Shown in pieces: positions 42,167-54,691 of a DNA stretch of 64,000 nt; position 1 is the stretch's first letter; every line of letters begins with the position of its first letter. Source of the stretch: an uncultured Phycisphaerales bacterium (GTDB lineage: Bacteria; Planctomycetota; Phycisphaerae; Tepidisphaerales; Tepidisphaeraceae); assembly GCA_963755915.1 (NCBI GenBank), contig CAVWLP010000003.1:1376001-1440000 (forward strand), in the 5' to 3' direction. The translations under genes were made by a program, and so were the position numbers. The notes below the pieces were generated by a model. It ran no database searches, was not told the DNA's origin, and saw only the letters and a program-made list of their open reading frames with translations.

Positions 42167-43423
42167 CTAAGCGAGGCGACGGGGGGCGGCTTCGGTGTCG
42201 GCGTCGAGAAAGCGCATGCCCCAGAGCCACAAGACGCCACCGATGAGCATCATTCCCGAGACGGCGACGAATCCCCAGCGCAAATCGGGATGGCCGTTGA
42301 TTGGCCTGGCGTGGTCACGGATGGTGCCGATAATTCCGGGCGAAATCGCGTCGCCGAACAGGTGGATGATCAGGATGTTGATCGCAAATGCCGAGGCTCG
42401 AATCGCCGGTGGGGTTGTGTTCGCCAGTGCCGTGTTGCTCGGCCCCGTGTTAAAGAAGAGACAGAAGACCGCGAAGAAAACGACCACCCACGCGAGGGGG
42501 AATGGGGTCACGAGCAGCAGGAGAAACAGCGGAAATCCGGCCAGCATTCCGATCCCGGAAACCAAAAAATAGCTGCCGGAAATTTTGTGACGGAGTTTAT
42601 CGCCGGCAATTCCGCCGCCGAGGGTCGCGATCAGTCCGGCCGCTACCAGGATCAAGCCGAAATACCAACCGGAATGTTCCGGGCTGAGGCCGCGATCGAC
42701 GGTGAGATAAGTCGGCATCCAGATGGCGACGCCGCCGATGGCGAACGTCATCGCCGTCATCGCGGCGGTGTTCACCAGGTAACTGGGGATTTTGAGGAGG
42801 ATGGCATACTGGTGCCAATCGGCCCGGCGGGTCGCGGCCTCGGCAACGTCGGCAGCGCCGCGCTGCGGCTCGCTCATCATAAAACAAGCCAACCCCAGCA
42901 GAATTCCCGGCGGCATGGTGAGGAGGAACGCGTAGTGCCATCGGCCGGGATGGTCGAAGTGGCTGCCAAGGATATATCCGAACGCGCTGCCGACGGGGAT
43001 CGCCGCATAAAACCAAGCGAGAACCTTCCCGCGCTCGGCGACGGGATAAAGATCGGAAATCAGCGTCGGCGCCACCGGCCCATAGGCCGCCTCCCCCACG
43101 CCGATCAGGCAGCGCGTCCCCAAAAGCATCGCATAGTATTGTGCGAGACCCGAAGCGCCGCTGGCCAAACTCCACAGCAAAACGCCGATGCCGATGAGCA
43201 GCCATCGTGAAAAACGGTCACCAAGCCAGCCGAAGATCGGCGAGAGGAGCATGTAGGTGAGCAGGAACGCCGTCGCCAGCCAGCCCATCGCCCCGCTGCT
43301 GACGCGGAACTGGAGGCGAATCGTCTCCTGCACGGAGGAGAGCACCTGGCGGTCCACGTAATTAAATAGATTGATGGCCAGGAGCAGAACGAGAGAGATT
43401 CGCGCTTGGCGGCGCTGGGACAT
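42167..43423 (-). CDS. MFS transporter (spinster-like)
   Basis: INLFNYVDR, GWLGDRFSR, GVGEAAY...PTLISDLYP...RG, IHLFGDAISP. Confidence 0.92.
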   Translation of the reverse strand: MSQRRQARISLVLLLAINLFNYVDRQVLSSVQETIRLQFRVSSGAMGWLATAFLLTYMLLSPIFGWLGDRFSRWLLIGIGVLLWSLASGASGLAQYYAMLLGTRCLIGVGEAAYGPVAPTLISDLYPVAERGKVLAWFYAAIPVGSAFGYILGSHFDHPGRWHYAFLLTMPPGILLGLACFMMSEPQRGAADVAEAATRRADWHQYAILLKIPSYLVNTAAMTAMTFAIGGVAIWMPTYLTVDRGLSPEHSGWYFGLILVAAGLIATLGGGIAGDKLRHKISGSYFLVSGIGMLAGFPLFLLLLVTPFPLAWVVVFFAVFCLFFNTGPSNTALANTTPPAIRASAFAINILIIHLFGDAISPGIIGTIRDHARPINGHPDLRWGFVAVSGMMLIGGVLWLWGMRFLDADTEAAPRRLA

Positions 43424-43470
43424 GGAGACGAATCATGGTTGGGCCAGGGGAACCGTCAAGGGGGCGGCGG

Positions 43471-46400
43471 TCAAGGGTGCGCTGCGGCTTTGAGCGACGC
43501 CAAAGCCTCCTGCGAGAGGGCGACGTTCCAGATGGTCATGTCGCGCACCTGGCCCGCGAACGTCCGCTGCTTGTCCCAAGGGTCGAGCGGGGCGAGCCAG
43601 ACGCGCGGATCATCATCGGCAAGTTCGACGGAATTGCGGCCGATGACCCGGCCATTTTTGTAAACCGTCAATACGCTGCCGTCGTACGTAGCCGTGAGCA
43701 TTTGCCATTCGCTCAAGTCGAAAATCGAGTTGGTATCGATATCGCGGTTGGTGCTCCAGAAATGAATATGGCCGTCGAAGACGCACAGATATCGCCCCAG
43801 GCCATCGCCGGCATCGTCGCAATGGCCGAACCCGGCGATGATCGTATAGTCGAGCGGCATTCGATCCGCGCACGAACATGTTGAGCGTCCAGGGATTGCC
43901 GCGATTGACGGGCAATTTCGCAACCCGCTCACCGCGGGCGTCGGCGGGCAGATTTAGCGAATCGGCGTGATAGACGGGGCCGGAGACGTTGAAAGCAATC
44001 GGGGTTGGATCGACGGGATTGGCGGCGGGGGAAATGTCGGTGATTCCGGAGATGGTGAGCTGATGCGACCCTGCCGGCAGCGGCTGGGCAAATTTCAGCT
44101 TTACGCTCATTGCATCGGGCGAAAGCTGGGCGGAAATCACCTCCGCCGGCGGCTCCAGGTGATAGTTTGCCGGATTCTCGGCGGAACTTTTTTCCAGCGA
44201 TTCGGAGAAGGCGACGGTCGCCTCGGGCATTATGTTTACGCAGGAGATGCTTTTGATGGAAGGAGGGGTGGTGTCGTGGATGTCGAATTGCGCCGTGGCG
44301 ACGGGCCCGCCGTTGCCCTCCGCGTCGAATTCGCGCGCTTCGACGGTCATACCTTTCACGGCGGCGAATGGGCCGGAATAAACGGGGGAGCTGAGCGTGG
44401 GCGTCGTGCCATCAATCGTGTAGTGAAGCCCGCCATCGTGCCAGTAAAGCGGATGGGCGATGGTGATCCACATCTCTTCACTGCCTGTTCCACCGGGCGG
44501 CGAAATCTGCGGGGCGTCATTCGCCTGGTGATCTTGCAGCGTATCGTAAAGCGGGATGGCGGCGCGCGCGTCATCGTGTACGTTGCTCGCGGCCGTCATC
44601 GCGAAGATGCGGATATTCGGATTGCGCGGAAGCACCACCGTCTTCGCCCCCGCGGGAACGTCCAGGGCGTATTTGAACAGATAGCAGAAGCGATAATATT
44701 CGTTGCCGGTGTCAGGGTTGTGCCGGTAAGAGCTGAACCAGGCGACAGTGTCGGGCCTGATATAACCCGGCGTCAGCCCGGCAAATTTGTTGTTCCAGTT
44801 GTAGGTGAGCGCGGGAATGACGCCCCGCCAGAGCCGCGTATCCCACTGGCCAATGTAACCGCTCCAATTCTGGACCTTGAGCTGAATCGGCCGGCCGCCA
44901 ACTTCAAATTCGTCGGTCTGATCGCCGCCGAGAGCGGAGGCCAGGAGATAAATCTTCTCGGAGCCGGATGGAATCGCGATTTCCTGCCCCTGGCAGGCAA
45001 CGGCATTTTTCTGGCCGTCGGCGGTTGAGCCAACATTAAACGGAATCCCTTCGCTGACGATCTTCGGGGGAAGCGCCTCGGCGGGATACGTTCTTCCGGC
45101 CTCGTCGAAGGCCCCGTCGGCAAGATTATCGTGGGAGCTGACGACATCCAGGTCGTAATTCAGCGCCAATGGCTGAGTGACAGACGGCGAAAGCGGAGCA
45201 GCCGCTGGCGATAACTGCACCGAAAACGTCCGCAGACCAAATGGCTGGATATCAAAAACAATTTTCCCGTCTTGGCACGTCGCCGGCGCGATTTCGCGCT
45301 CCTGGCCGTCCACTTCATCAGCGGCAACAACCGGGGCGGCGAATCCAAGCTCAACGCCGTGCACATCGCTGCCGGTCAGTTCATTCACTCGAACGATGAT
45401 CCGCTCGCCATCCTCCGCCTTTTTCAGCGCGATCACTTTCACGCGATCGTCGCTGCAATTGACCATCGAAAACGATTTGCCCAGCGGCCCATCATGCGGC
45501 GTCGCCTCAAACGCAATCAGCGGCTGATTCAATCTCGCCCCCATCCACGGAACCTCCGCGCTTTGCCAGCTTCCCGCGTGCGGCGCAATCGCGTAGAGCA
45601 TTTCGTGTCGGCCAAGGTCCTGCGTCGCCTGGTCCTGGTAATTCGTGTCGGCCTCCGGCGTATAAAGCAGCGTCAACCGAAGCGTGTTGTCGCTCGGCTT
45701 GTCCGATCCGTATTTGCAATCATTCAGCACGCCCACGCCATAGGAAGCATCCGGCGAATCCAGATCAAACCACTTCTGCTGCGGCACTTCGAATTTTTTT
45801 GGATTGTTATTCCCGCGCGGCACCGCCGCCGACTGCGATTCGTAAATCGCGTCCGGATTGCCGATGCCCAGCGGGAAGACCGCCTTAAGGCTCGACTGCT
45901 GCGTTTGCCAGTCGATGTGCGTTTCGATTTCGATGCGATCTCCGGCATCGCCGCCGGCAAGACGGACGATCTGCACGAACTTCGAGCCGCGCGCGTTGCG
46001 GGTGATTTGCAGCGCCGCCCGCACCGGCCCTTTCTCGATCACGCGAATCTCCGCCGGGCCGTCAACATAGCCAACCGGCGGCTTCTCCCGATCCTTCCAG
46101 TCCATATTCCACGCCGGATACTGAGCCGGATTCTCATGCAAAAACGCCAGACGCATGGGCGCGGAAAGAACCTCGCGATTGTTTTTCTTGTCAAAGATCG
46201 AAGCGATGTCCCCATTGGGATTGACCGTTACGCGAAACCTGGAGTTCTCGAGATGATTCGGATCGGCGGATGCTTCCCAATCCATCGGCAACGACAGGTC
46301 GGAGAGAAACGCCCGGTATGCCGCGAAACCCATGGGCGGAACTTTGGCGAGGAACAGAACGTGCACCCTGTTTCCGCCGAGGCTTTCGAATTGCGAGGGG

Positions 46401-47733
46401 ACCGGTTTTCCGTCTGGGCCGATCACCTCGTTGGCCATGCCTTCAGCGGGCGTGAATGTCGCCTCAACGACATCTTCGTGCGCGATCGAGAGCGGGTTAT
46501 AGACAACGATATTACTGTCGCGCGTATCCATCCCCTTGATGACCGCGCCGGCGGCATCCTGGGTGATGGCGGCAAACTGGTTCATGTCGAGCACCATGTT
46601 GTTCCAGGAATATTCGTACGCCTTGGGGATCATGGTGCCGGCCATGGTGTCGTGAAAATGCGCGCCGAGCACGAGCCGCCAGGCATTGGCGAGTTTTTGC
46701 GCGGATAGGCGCATGAGCCGAGCCAGTCGGCCATCACGGATGCCGACTCGGCAGCGGAGGCAAGCTGCTCGCTCTTGCGGTTGAGCCGTTTGACGAACGC
46801 CTGGGAAGAAAGCGATCCCGCCGAATGATTTGTCAGCAGAAGATCGCCCTGATACCGGGGCAGTTTCGCGACCTGGTCTTTGGTGAGATCCAGAAACATC
46901 TGGTCGGAGCGCGAGGAGACGACCTTGATGGGCCCATTGGAGGTGACGCTCTTTTCAACCCAGGCAACCGAATCTTCCGAAGGCGCTCCGCCGCGGTCGC
47001 CGGTGCCGTAGTAGTGATAATCGACGGCTACGCCGCTGCGTTTAAAATCGTCGTCGAGGCGGGCGATCCATTTCGGATCGGAGGTGAGGTTGTCGTCAAC
47101 CGTGGACGTGTAGCTGAGCGGATTGAGCGCCGCGACGACGCCGCGACCATCGGGGCCGACCCAGACGCCGACGTTGAATGGAATCCCCACGGCCGATCCC
47201 CACGTCAGCTTCTGCGTCGAAAATCCCTTCAGCCCGCAGTGCGCCAGGATGCTGGGCAGCGACGCCTGAAACCCAAAACAGTCCGGCAGCATGAATTCCG
47301 CGCTGGCTTCGCCGAATTCCTTGCGGAAGAATTCGTTGCCGTAGAGCACCTGGCGAATCAGCGCCTCGCCGGAGGGCATGTTCGCATCACCCTCTTCCAT
47401 CGACGACCCCGCCGGATACCACCGCCCCGCCGCCACGTAGGCTTTGAGCCTCTGGTAATCCTTCGGGTAATACTCCTTCATCATCATGTAGCGATTGGCG
47501 CCGGTGAAGTTGAAGATGTAATGGGGGTATTTGTCGAAGAGGCGAAAATTGTCCTCCATCGTCTTGCGCAAAAATTCCGCGATCACCTGCGGATAGCTCC
47601 AGCGCCATTGGGTGTCGAGGTGCGCGTAGCCGACGACGTAGAGGACTTTCGGCTGGCTGGAAGGAAGCGTCTGTGCGAAGCACGCGCCGGTGGCGAGAAA
47701 CAGGACCGCTATAAACTGTAAAACCCTCGTCAT
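43471..47733 (-). CDS. Alpha-mannosidase GH38 with C-terminal chitobiase-like, Ig-like and LamG-like domains (frameshifts near 46705 and 43868)
   Basis: AHLDTQWRW, LPDCFG, GTGDRGG, HFHD..AGT, PAWN.DW, FEVP.QKW, NDCKYG; W.MLTATYDG..L.VYKNG. Confidence 0.9.
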
Positions 47734-47828
47734 GATTCGCCGAGAATACCCGGTGCGCGGTCGATGTCTCAAGCGATGGGACGCCATGTTGCACCCGAAC
47801 GTTTTTTCTTAAAATCTGATTTATATCT

Positions 47829-47850
47829 GACTTCGGCGAGCTCAGTCGAG
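47829..47850. repeat. 22-bp dispersed repeat (family C)
   Basis: GACTTCGGCGAGCTCAGTCGAG, identical at 54239-54260. Confidence 0.75.
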
Positions 47851-47905
47851 CCGTGGCCATTCTTTTTTGTCTTGGAATTTTGTCGAATCTCCGCCCCCTC
47901 CGGTC

Positions 47906-49582
47906 ATGGAACCTTTCAGTGAGCCACCGATGAGCGATGAATCGGCAACCACGAAGATCGAGCCTTCTCAAAGCGATTCGGCCCTTATCCAGGCCTTTTC
48001 GCGGGATCGATCCGAGCCAGCGTTCGCGGCGCTGGTGGGCCGTCACGCCGGCTGGCTCTACGCCGCCGCCTATCGGCAACTGGGCGATCACCACCTCGCC
48101 GAGGACGCCACCCAGGCCGTCTTCGTTCTCCTTTCACAGCGGGCGAGCCGCATGAAACCAAAACAAAAACTCTCCGGCTGGCTGTTTCTGACGCTCGGTT
48201 ACACCGTGAAGTCGATCACCCGCTCCCGTCGCCGCCGCGAGCATCATGAAAAGCTCGCCGCCAGCCAGCGATCGGAAATCCCAAGTGCCGCCGGTGTCCT
48301 CACCGGCGAACTCGACGGCGCCGTAGCGCTGCTTCCCCGGAAATATCAAGCCGCCATTCTGCTGCGGTTTTACCAGGGTTTGGAAATCCCCACGATCGCT
48401 CAGCAGCTCCAGATCAGCGAAGCCGCGACGCGGAAGCGAATTGAGCGCGCCCTCGACCAACTACGCCGCGCCTCGGTCCCGCGGCCGGCCCCGAGGCGCT
48501 CGCCACCGCCGCCGTCTTCGGCGCGCCGCAAAATCTGCGGTCGCTTTGCGCGGCTTACCCGCGCCTCCCTCGCCGCGCCCGGCAGTTCCATCAGCTCCGG
48601 CGCATCCCTCGCCGCCAAAGGCGCCGCAAACCTCATGCTCGCGGCCAACCTGAAACTCGCTCTTCTTCTCTTGCTTCTGGCTCTCCTGACAGCCGCCCCG
48701 GCCTCGCTAGCCATCTGGTACTTCGAAACCGCCCCACCGCCGCCGCCTTCAGTTCCCGCTGCCGTCGCGCCCATCCCCACGCCCGCGCCGCGCATCGCGC
48801 TGACGCCCGATCAACAGATTCTCGAACAGACTTACGGTTTGCTGCCGGGCGAAACTGTTCGCTGGATCAAACCGCCGTTCATCAAGCAGAGGCCGCTCAT
48901 CTACGCGAAAATACCTTTTTCCGAGACACCCTCCACGTTCATGCTTTGGGATAATAAAAACGCGACGTTTGGAATTTGGGTCTGGAGTTATCCGAGCCTC
49001 CAACCAGGCGATCACCTGAACATGCGGACGATTGCAACCTTTCTCTTACGGCTCGGCGATTATCAGGTCGAGGGCGACAAGCAGCTTCTCAGCACGAGGC
49101 TGCCGGGCGATTTTAGTTGCGACCCCTCGGCAAGCGCCCAGCAGCGGACCGACGCCCTGCAAAAAATCTTCTCGCAGGCCGCTGGATATCCACTCACCCT
49201 CACGTTCCGCCAGGTCGATCGGCCGGTCGTTGTTTTCACCGGAATCTGGCACTCGGTCCTCGGCTCGCAGCGCCACCCCGTGCAAATCTTCGGCCTTAGC
49301 CTGGGAGGCGATCCGAAGACCGATCGGAACTTCACCCAATACCCGGGGGATTGGAACGACGAGCTCGGCGATTGGCTCAACGAACAGGTCCTATTCGAAG
49401 CTCACCGTTTACCGAGGTCGATTGACTTCCACACCAACTCTATCGGCGACGGCTCCCCCGCGGCCAAGGCGCATGCCCACGACCTGAAACTGATCTGCGA
49501 TCACATCGCTCAGCAGACCGGACTGACCTGGACCGAAGAAACCCGCACCGTCCGGAGACTGTTTATCGAGCGGGCGCCATAA
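47906..49582 (+). CDS. ECF sigma factor with TM helix and extracytoplasmic C-terminal domain
   Basis: AFAALVGRH, AEDATQAVF..L, LSGWLF, LP.KYQAAILLRFYQG; likely compensating indels at 48470-48550. Confidence 0.85.
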   Translation: MEPFSEPPMSDESATTKIEPSQSDSALIQAFSRDRSEPAFAALVGRHAGWLYAAAYRQLGDHHLAEDATQAVFVLLSQRASRMKPKQKLSGWLFLTLGYTVKSITRSRRRREHHEKLAASQRSEIPSAAGVLTGELDGAVALLPRKYQAAILLRFYQGLEIPTIAQQLQISEAATRKRIERALDQLRRASVPRPAPRRSPPPPSSARRKICGRFARLTRASLAAPGSSISSGASLAAKGAANLMLAANLKLALLLLLLALLTAAPASLAIWYFETAPPPPPSVPAAVAPIPTPAPRIALTPDQQILEQTYGLLPGETVRWIKPPFIKQRPLIYAKIPFSETPSTFMLWDNKNATFGIWVWSYPSLQPGDHLNMRTIATFLLRLGDYQVEGDKQLLSTRLPGDFSCDPSASAQQRTDALQKIFSQAAGYPLTLTFRQVDRPVVVFTGIWHSVLGSQRHPVQIFGLSLGGDPKTDRNFTQYPGDWNDELGDWLNEQVLFEAHRLPRSIDFHTNSIGDGSPAAKAHAHDLKLICDHIAQQTGLTWTEETRTVRRLFIERAP

Positions 49583-49612
49583 CTCGAATTCGCGGTGAAC
49601 AAACCCCGTCAA

Positions 49613-51431
49613 TTAAAACTGCCAAGGCGGCCGAAACACCTGCGTCTGCGGATGCGGATTCGCCGCCGTCGGATCCGGCTGAATCAGCCGCGGCAACCAA
49701 TAATTTAGCTCCGGAATGTCATACGCGCTCTTCTCATTCGCATCCACCACATAAATATCCGGCAAAATGAACGATTCCAAATCCCCGTCCGGCACCGATT
49801 CATTCGGTTTAACTTCCGTCCCATCAGGCTTCAGCGTCACCAGATCCCCCCCGCCGACGAATTGGCCAAAATCGGAATTGAAGATGACCAGAATCTTCTG
49901 GTGATGCGCCTTGCTCTCTTCGATCATCCGAAAAGTACGCCGCTCAAAATCGGGGAACATCGTCTCGATCCCGGTCAGGCAGGGAACCGCATAATCAGTG
50001 TCCTTTTCCCGATCCCCCCCGCCCACGAGCAGCAAATCCGCGTGCTGCGCGTCGGCAATCTGTTTCACCTCCCGTGCGATCGCATATAGATGCGACACCG
50101 GAACCGCCGGGCAGATCACCAGTCCATCCGCGTTCAACTCATCGTCGATCGCATCCGACAGTTGCCGATGCTTCACCACCGCCGTGTAAAACGCCCCGCC
50201 CACAAGCACCACCAACGCCAAAGTCGAAACCCACCGAAAGATTTTTTGCGGAATCAGTTTCGGCCGCTCACCCTGAAACAGCACGAAGAGCACCCACGCA
50301 AACACCGCCGGCACCGCCAGCCACATGCGCGAATAGGGATACGAAGCCGTATTGCTCGGCTGCCCGATCCCCACCCGTTCATATGCAAAGGACACAAGCA
50401 TCACGCCCAGCCCGATCACAATCGCAATCACCCCCGCAATTCGCAGACGCATCAGCATCAACGCCGCGAGTATCCCCAGCGCAATCACCAGAAACGCACA
50501 GGCCCATTCGCCCGGCACAAACATGGGAACCAGGTCGGCAAACACCGGGCTCGCCTCCGAGCCTGGGACCGCGAAATGGAAGTAATGAACAAAGTTCGCG
50601 TAGCTCCAGCCAAAAGTATTATCGCGAAGATACAGAATGTAATCCGGATGAACCACGTGATAGAACCGATGCACGTACCACGGATACGGCGTCGCGGCCG
50701 CGATTCCCAGCGGCCCCATCACCCACATTCTCCAGTCCCAAAACCGCGTGATCGCTGCCAGCACTCCCACCGGCGCGAGAAGAATCAGGCAATTCGGATT
50801 CACCTGAAAAGCCACGACCGCCAGTACCCCGGCGAAAAAATATCGCAGTCCCGCGCCAAAACCCTCGCCTCGCCTTCTCGCGCCCCGGCAACAGCAAAAT
50901 CATAGGAACCGCCGCCACCGCCACCCCGTTGATAAACCCCCGCGGAATTCCGCAGATCATCCCATACCGATCCGACATGATCAGCGGAATCAGCAGCACC
51001 ATCCCCGCCAAAACAAAATTCCCCCGCCAGCACGCCACCCCCGCCAGCAAAAGGAACGGCAGCAGATCCAACCCTACCGTCACCAGCGGACACGCGACGT
51101 TATACGGCACATGCACCGCCACCAGCGGCGCCGCCAGCCAACCCTCCAGGCAACAGTTATAATCCTGCCCATAAAACGCCGGCTCAGCGATCCGTCCATG
51201 CAGCAGATCGTGAGCCGCATACCACATGCAGGTCTGATCTTCGTCCGTATATCTGAACAGATATTTCCCGCAAAGTGTGCCCCGGTCCCAAACCAGCGCC
51301 GCCGCGATCGCCCACACCAACCCCACCTTTATCGCCAAAAAAACGAACTCCCCCCGCCCAGGCAAAACCTGGGGCTGCCTCGAATTCTCGGCCGCCGGGG
51401 CCGCGGGATCGCCCGTTCGGGTATCGGTCAT
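49613..51431 (-). CDS. Multi-pass membrane protein, GT-C-like (frameshift near 50852)
   Basis: DEDQ..MW..A.D....R...P.FYGQDY..CLE; many TM helices over two ORFs. Confidence 0.65.
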
Positions 51432-51577
51432 CCGTTCACCCTTTACTATGACGCACTACTATTTTTCGCGTTGCAAATAATCCCGGTACAATTGCTCCTC
51501 GGCGTCGTCTACCTTGGATATAGTATCCAACAACCGAAATTTCTTCACAAACATTCGACCGGGGAAATGGAGGAGAT

Positions 51578-54222
51578 TTGACCGACCCATCCCAACCGGT
51601 CCCGAAAGGCCGATCACGCACGATCCTTTTCGTCCTCGCGCTTTGCTTCCTCATCTCCCTGACCGGCATCGCCTGGCTCCTCTGGTTGTTCCTCGCCCGC
51701 ACTCCCCCCGTTGCCATCGCCCCGCGAGATGTCTCCGACCAAAACACCCCCGCCACCCCATCCGCTGGATCCACCCCCGGCGAGCTTACCCTCCATCTCG
51801 ATCAATCCGGCTCCCCCATCAGCCCCACCCTTTACGGAATCGCCCTCGAACAAATCAATCACAGCATCGACGGCGGCCTCTATGCCGAGCTTCTACCCAA
51901 CGCCAACCTTGCCGTCTCCTTCCGCGGAATTCGCGGGGGCACTCTCAAAAACGTCGGTGGCAGGATGGTTGTCGCGGGTGGGGAGCTCGTAACCGTCGCC
52001 GAATACTGGTACCTCTCCCAAATCGGCGACGTAAAGGCCGACATGCAACCCGATCCTGACCCAACTGCCCCCAGCCCCAAGAGCCGCCTCCGGCTCACCG
52101 TCTCCTCGATTGGAAGTGGTGGCCGCGCGGCCGTCTGCAACCAGGGCTACTCGGGCATCCCCGTGAAACCCAACTGCACCTACCACGCCTCCTTCTACGC
52201 CAAGGCCGGCAGCGATTTCTCCGGCCCCCTCGTCGCCAGCATTCAATCCCAGGAGAGCCAAACCGTCTTCGCCTCCGCAACCATTGACAAAATCGATCAA
52301 ACCTGGCGCCGCTACGATGTAGATCTGAAAACCCCCGGCAACATCACCCCTTCCTACTCCAACAACATTTTCGAAATCTCCACCAACCACACCGGAACCG
52401 TCTGGCTCGCCGATTTCTCTCTCTTCCCCCCTACCTGGAAAAATCGCCCCAACGGCAATCGCATCGACCTCGCGCAACTGCTCGCAGATCTCAAACCCGG
52501 TTTCATCATCTATCCCGGCGGCGACACCCTCCTCGGCCGAAACCCCCGCTTCAGATTCGATTGGAAAAAATCCATCGGCCCCGTTGAACTCCGTATGACC
52601 ATCCCTTCCGCCTGGGAACGATTGAGCAACGGCTTCGGCCTGATGGAATTTCTCCTCACCTGCGAAGATCTCCATGCCGAACCGGTACTCGCCATCTATG
52701 ACGGCACCTCCAGATTCCAGAACGTCAAGCCCGGGAAAGATCTCCTCCCCTACGTCCAGGATGCCCTCGACGAAATCGAATACGTCACCGGCGACAAGTC
52801 CACCACCTGGGCGCACGCCGCGCCGCCGACGGACACCCCGATCCCTTCCCCCTCTACGTCCTCCAGATCGGCAACAACGAGCAGCTTTACAACCAGGAAA
52901 CCTACGACGCACGCTTCACGCAGTTCTACGACGCCATCAAAGCCAGATATCCCGACCTGAAGCTGATCGGCTGGATGGACCTCGCCACCACCCGCAAGCC
53001 CGATATCTCCCACACCTCCTTCTATAACCCCGCCCGCGAAATCCTCGACCAGAGCAACCACTACGACTCCATCTCCCGCAACGGCCCGCGCTGCGCCACC
53101 GAAGTCAACGCCAAGGAAGGCGATCCCGGCAAAACCCTCTTCGCCGCCCTTGCCGACATGTCCTGGATGCTCGGCGTCCAGCGAAACGCCGAGCTCGTCA
53201 CCATGGCCACCGCCGCCCCCACCTTCATCGATTGCGACGCCGGCGAACAGGAGCATCCCGCCAATCTCATCGGCTTCAATCCCGTCTCCAGCTACGGCTC
53301 CCCCTCCTACTACGCCATGCAAATGTTCAACCTCAACAAGGGCGACACCGTCATCCCCATCCAATTCGCTCCACCCGAACTCAACCCTCCCGCCGCCGAA
53401 CCAACACCCCACGGCGCCATCGGCGTAGGAAGCTGGGGCTCAACCGTCGAATTCCGCGACTTCAAAGTCACCGCCCCCGATGGCTCAATCCTCTTTCAAA
53501 CCAATTCCAACTCCCCCCTCAAAGACTGGCGCATCGGCGAGGGTTCGTGGAAAATGAACCAGGGTACCTTGACCCAAACCGGCGACCTGATCGACTGCAC
53601 CGCCGTCGTCGGCGACCCCAATTGGACCGACTACACCCTCACCCTCAAGGCCAGAAGACTTTCCGGCATCGAAGGATTCCTCATCCTCTTCCGCGCCGCC
53701 GATTCCGGAAACTTCGTCTGGTGGAACGTCGGTGGCTGGAACAACTACCGCACCGGACTCGAACAAACCATCGACGGCGACAAGCTCTTCCTCGGCAACC
53801 AGGTCCAGAACACCATCCAACCCGGCCGCTGGTACGACATCCGCGTCGAAGTCAAAGGCTCCCAAATCACCTGCTATCTCGACAACGCCCCCATCCTCGT
53901 CGCCCGGCAGCGCTCCCACATCCCCGCGTCAGGCCCCATCTCCGCCGCCGCCAGCCGTGATACCCAGACCAGCGACGTGATCCTGAAACTCGTCAATCCC
54001 AACCCCATCCCCGCCGTCGTCAACATCAACCTCGCCGGCGCCTCCGCCATCTCCGACACCGGCACGCTTGAAGTCCTGCAAGGCTCCCCCGGCGACGTCA
54101 ACACCCTCAACTCCCCCGAAAAAATCGTTCCCGTCACCACCACAATCCATTACCCCGCCCCCCGCTTCTCCCACGAATTTCCGCCGTATTCGATAAGCAT
54201 CCTGCGTCTAAAACCGAAGTAA
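51578..54222 (+). CDS. GH51 alpha-L-arabinofuranosidase-like protein with N-terminal TM and a DUF1080-like insert (frameshift near 52810)
   Basis: YG..LEQINHSIDGGLYAEL, SLFPPTW, PGG, GFGLMEFL..CED, DEIEYVTG, GSPSYY, LKLVN. Confidence 0.85.
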
Positions 54223-54238
54223 CAACCCAGTGCCGCCG

Positions 54239-54260
54239 GACTTCGGCGAGCTCAGTCGAG
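54239..54260. repeat. 22-bp dispersed repeat (family C)
   Basis: Identical to 47829-47850. Confidence 0.75.
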
Positions 54261-54282
54261 GCGTGTCCCCACCGGCGGAATC

Positions 54283-54691
54283 CTAAGTCTTCGTAAAATG
54301 AAACCGCACCCCAACCCCCTGCGCCGCCACCAACAACACTTCCACCGCCTTCAAATCCCGCAAAATCGGATTCGGCTGCTTAAAATCGTTCAGCTTCTTA
54401 TTCACATATTCCGCCAGCGCCCGCACCGTCTTCAGCCCCTCCGCCGCATCAAACCACGTCTCCGGCGGCAGGCGCATCTTCGCCGCATCAAACCCCTCCG
54501 CCTCAAGCTGCGCCCGCAGAACCGCATGGCTCTCCGACCTCATCGAAGTCAGATCCGGCACATGACAACACCGCGCTGCGAAATCCAGCTTGTCCGCCTC
54601 GCGCCAGTGACTTGCCGGTCCCCGCCTTCGCATACGCGGCCTGCGCCTCGGGCAATTCCTTTTCCAATGTCAGGACAATCGCTTGAGCCAT
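54283..54691 (-). CDS. Hypothetical protein (frameshift near 54602)
   Basis: MAQAIV...GKSLA joined to READKLD...WFDAAEGLKTVRAL...VRFHF; TATGAT ends 6 nt before the ATG. Confidence 0.7.

Noticed and set aside
47803-47831. dif site near the skew switch (also 39988-40015)
   Set aside because: Poor match to XerC/XerD arms; the 39.99-kb site is better explained as a promoter/operator.
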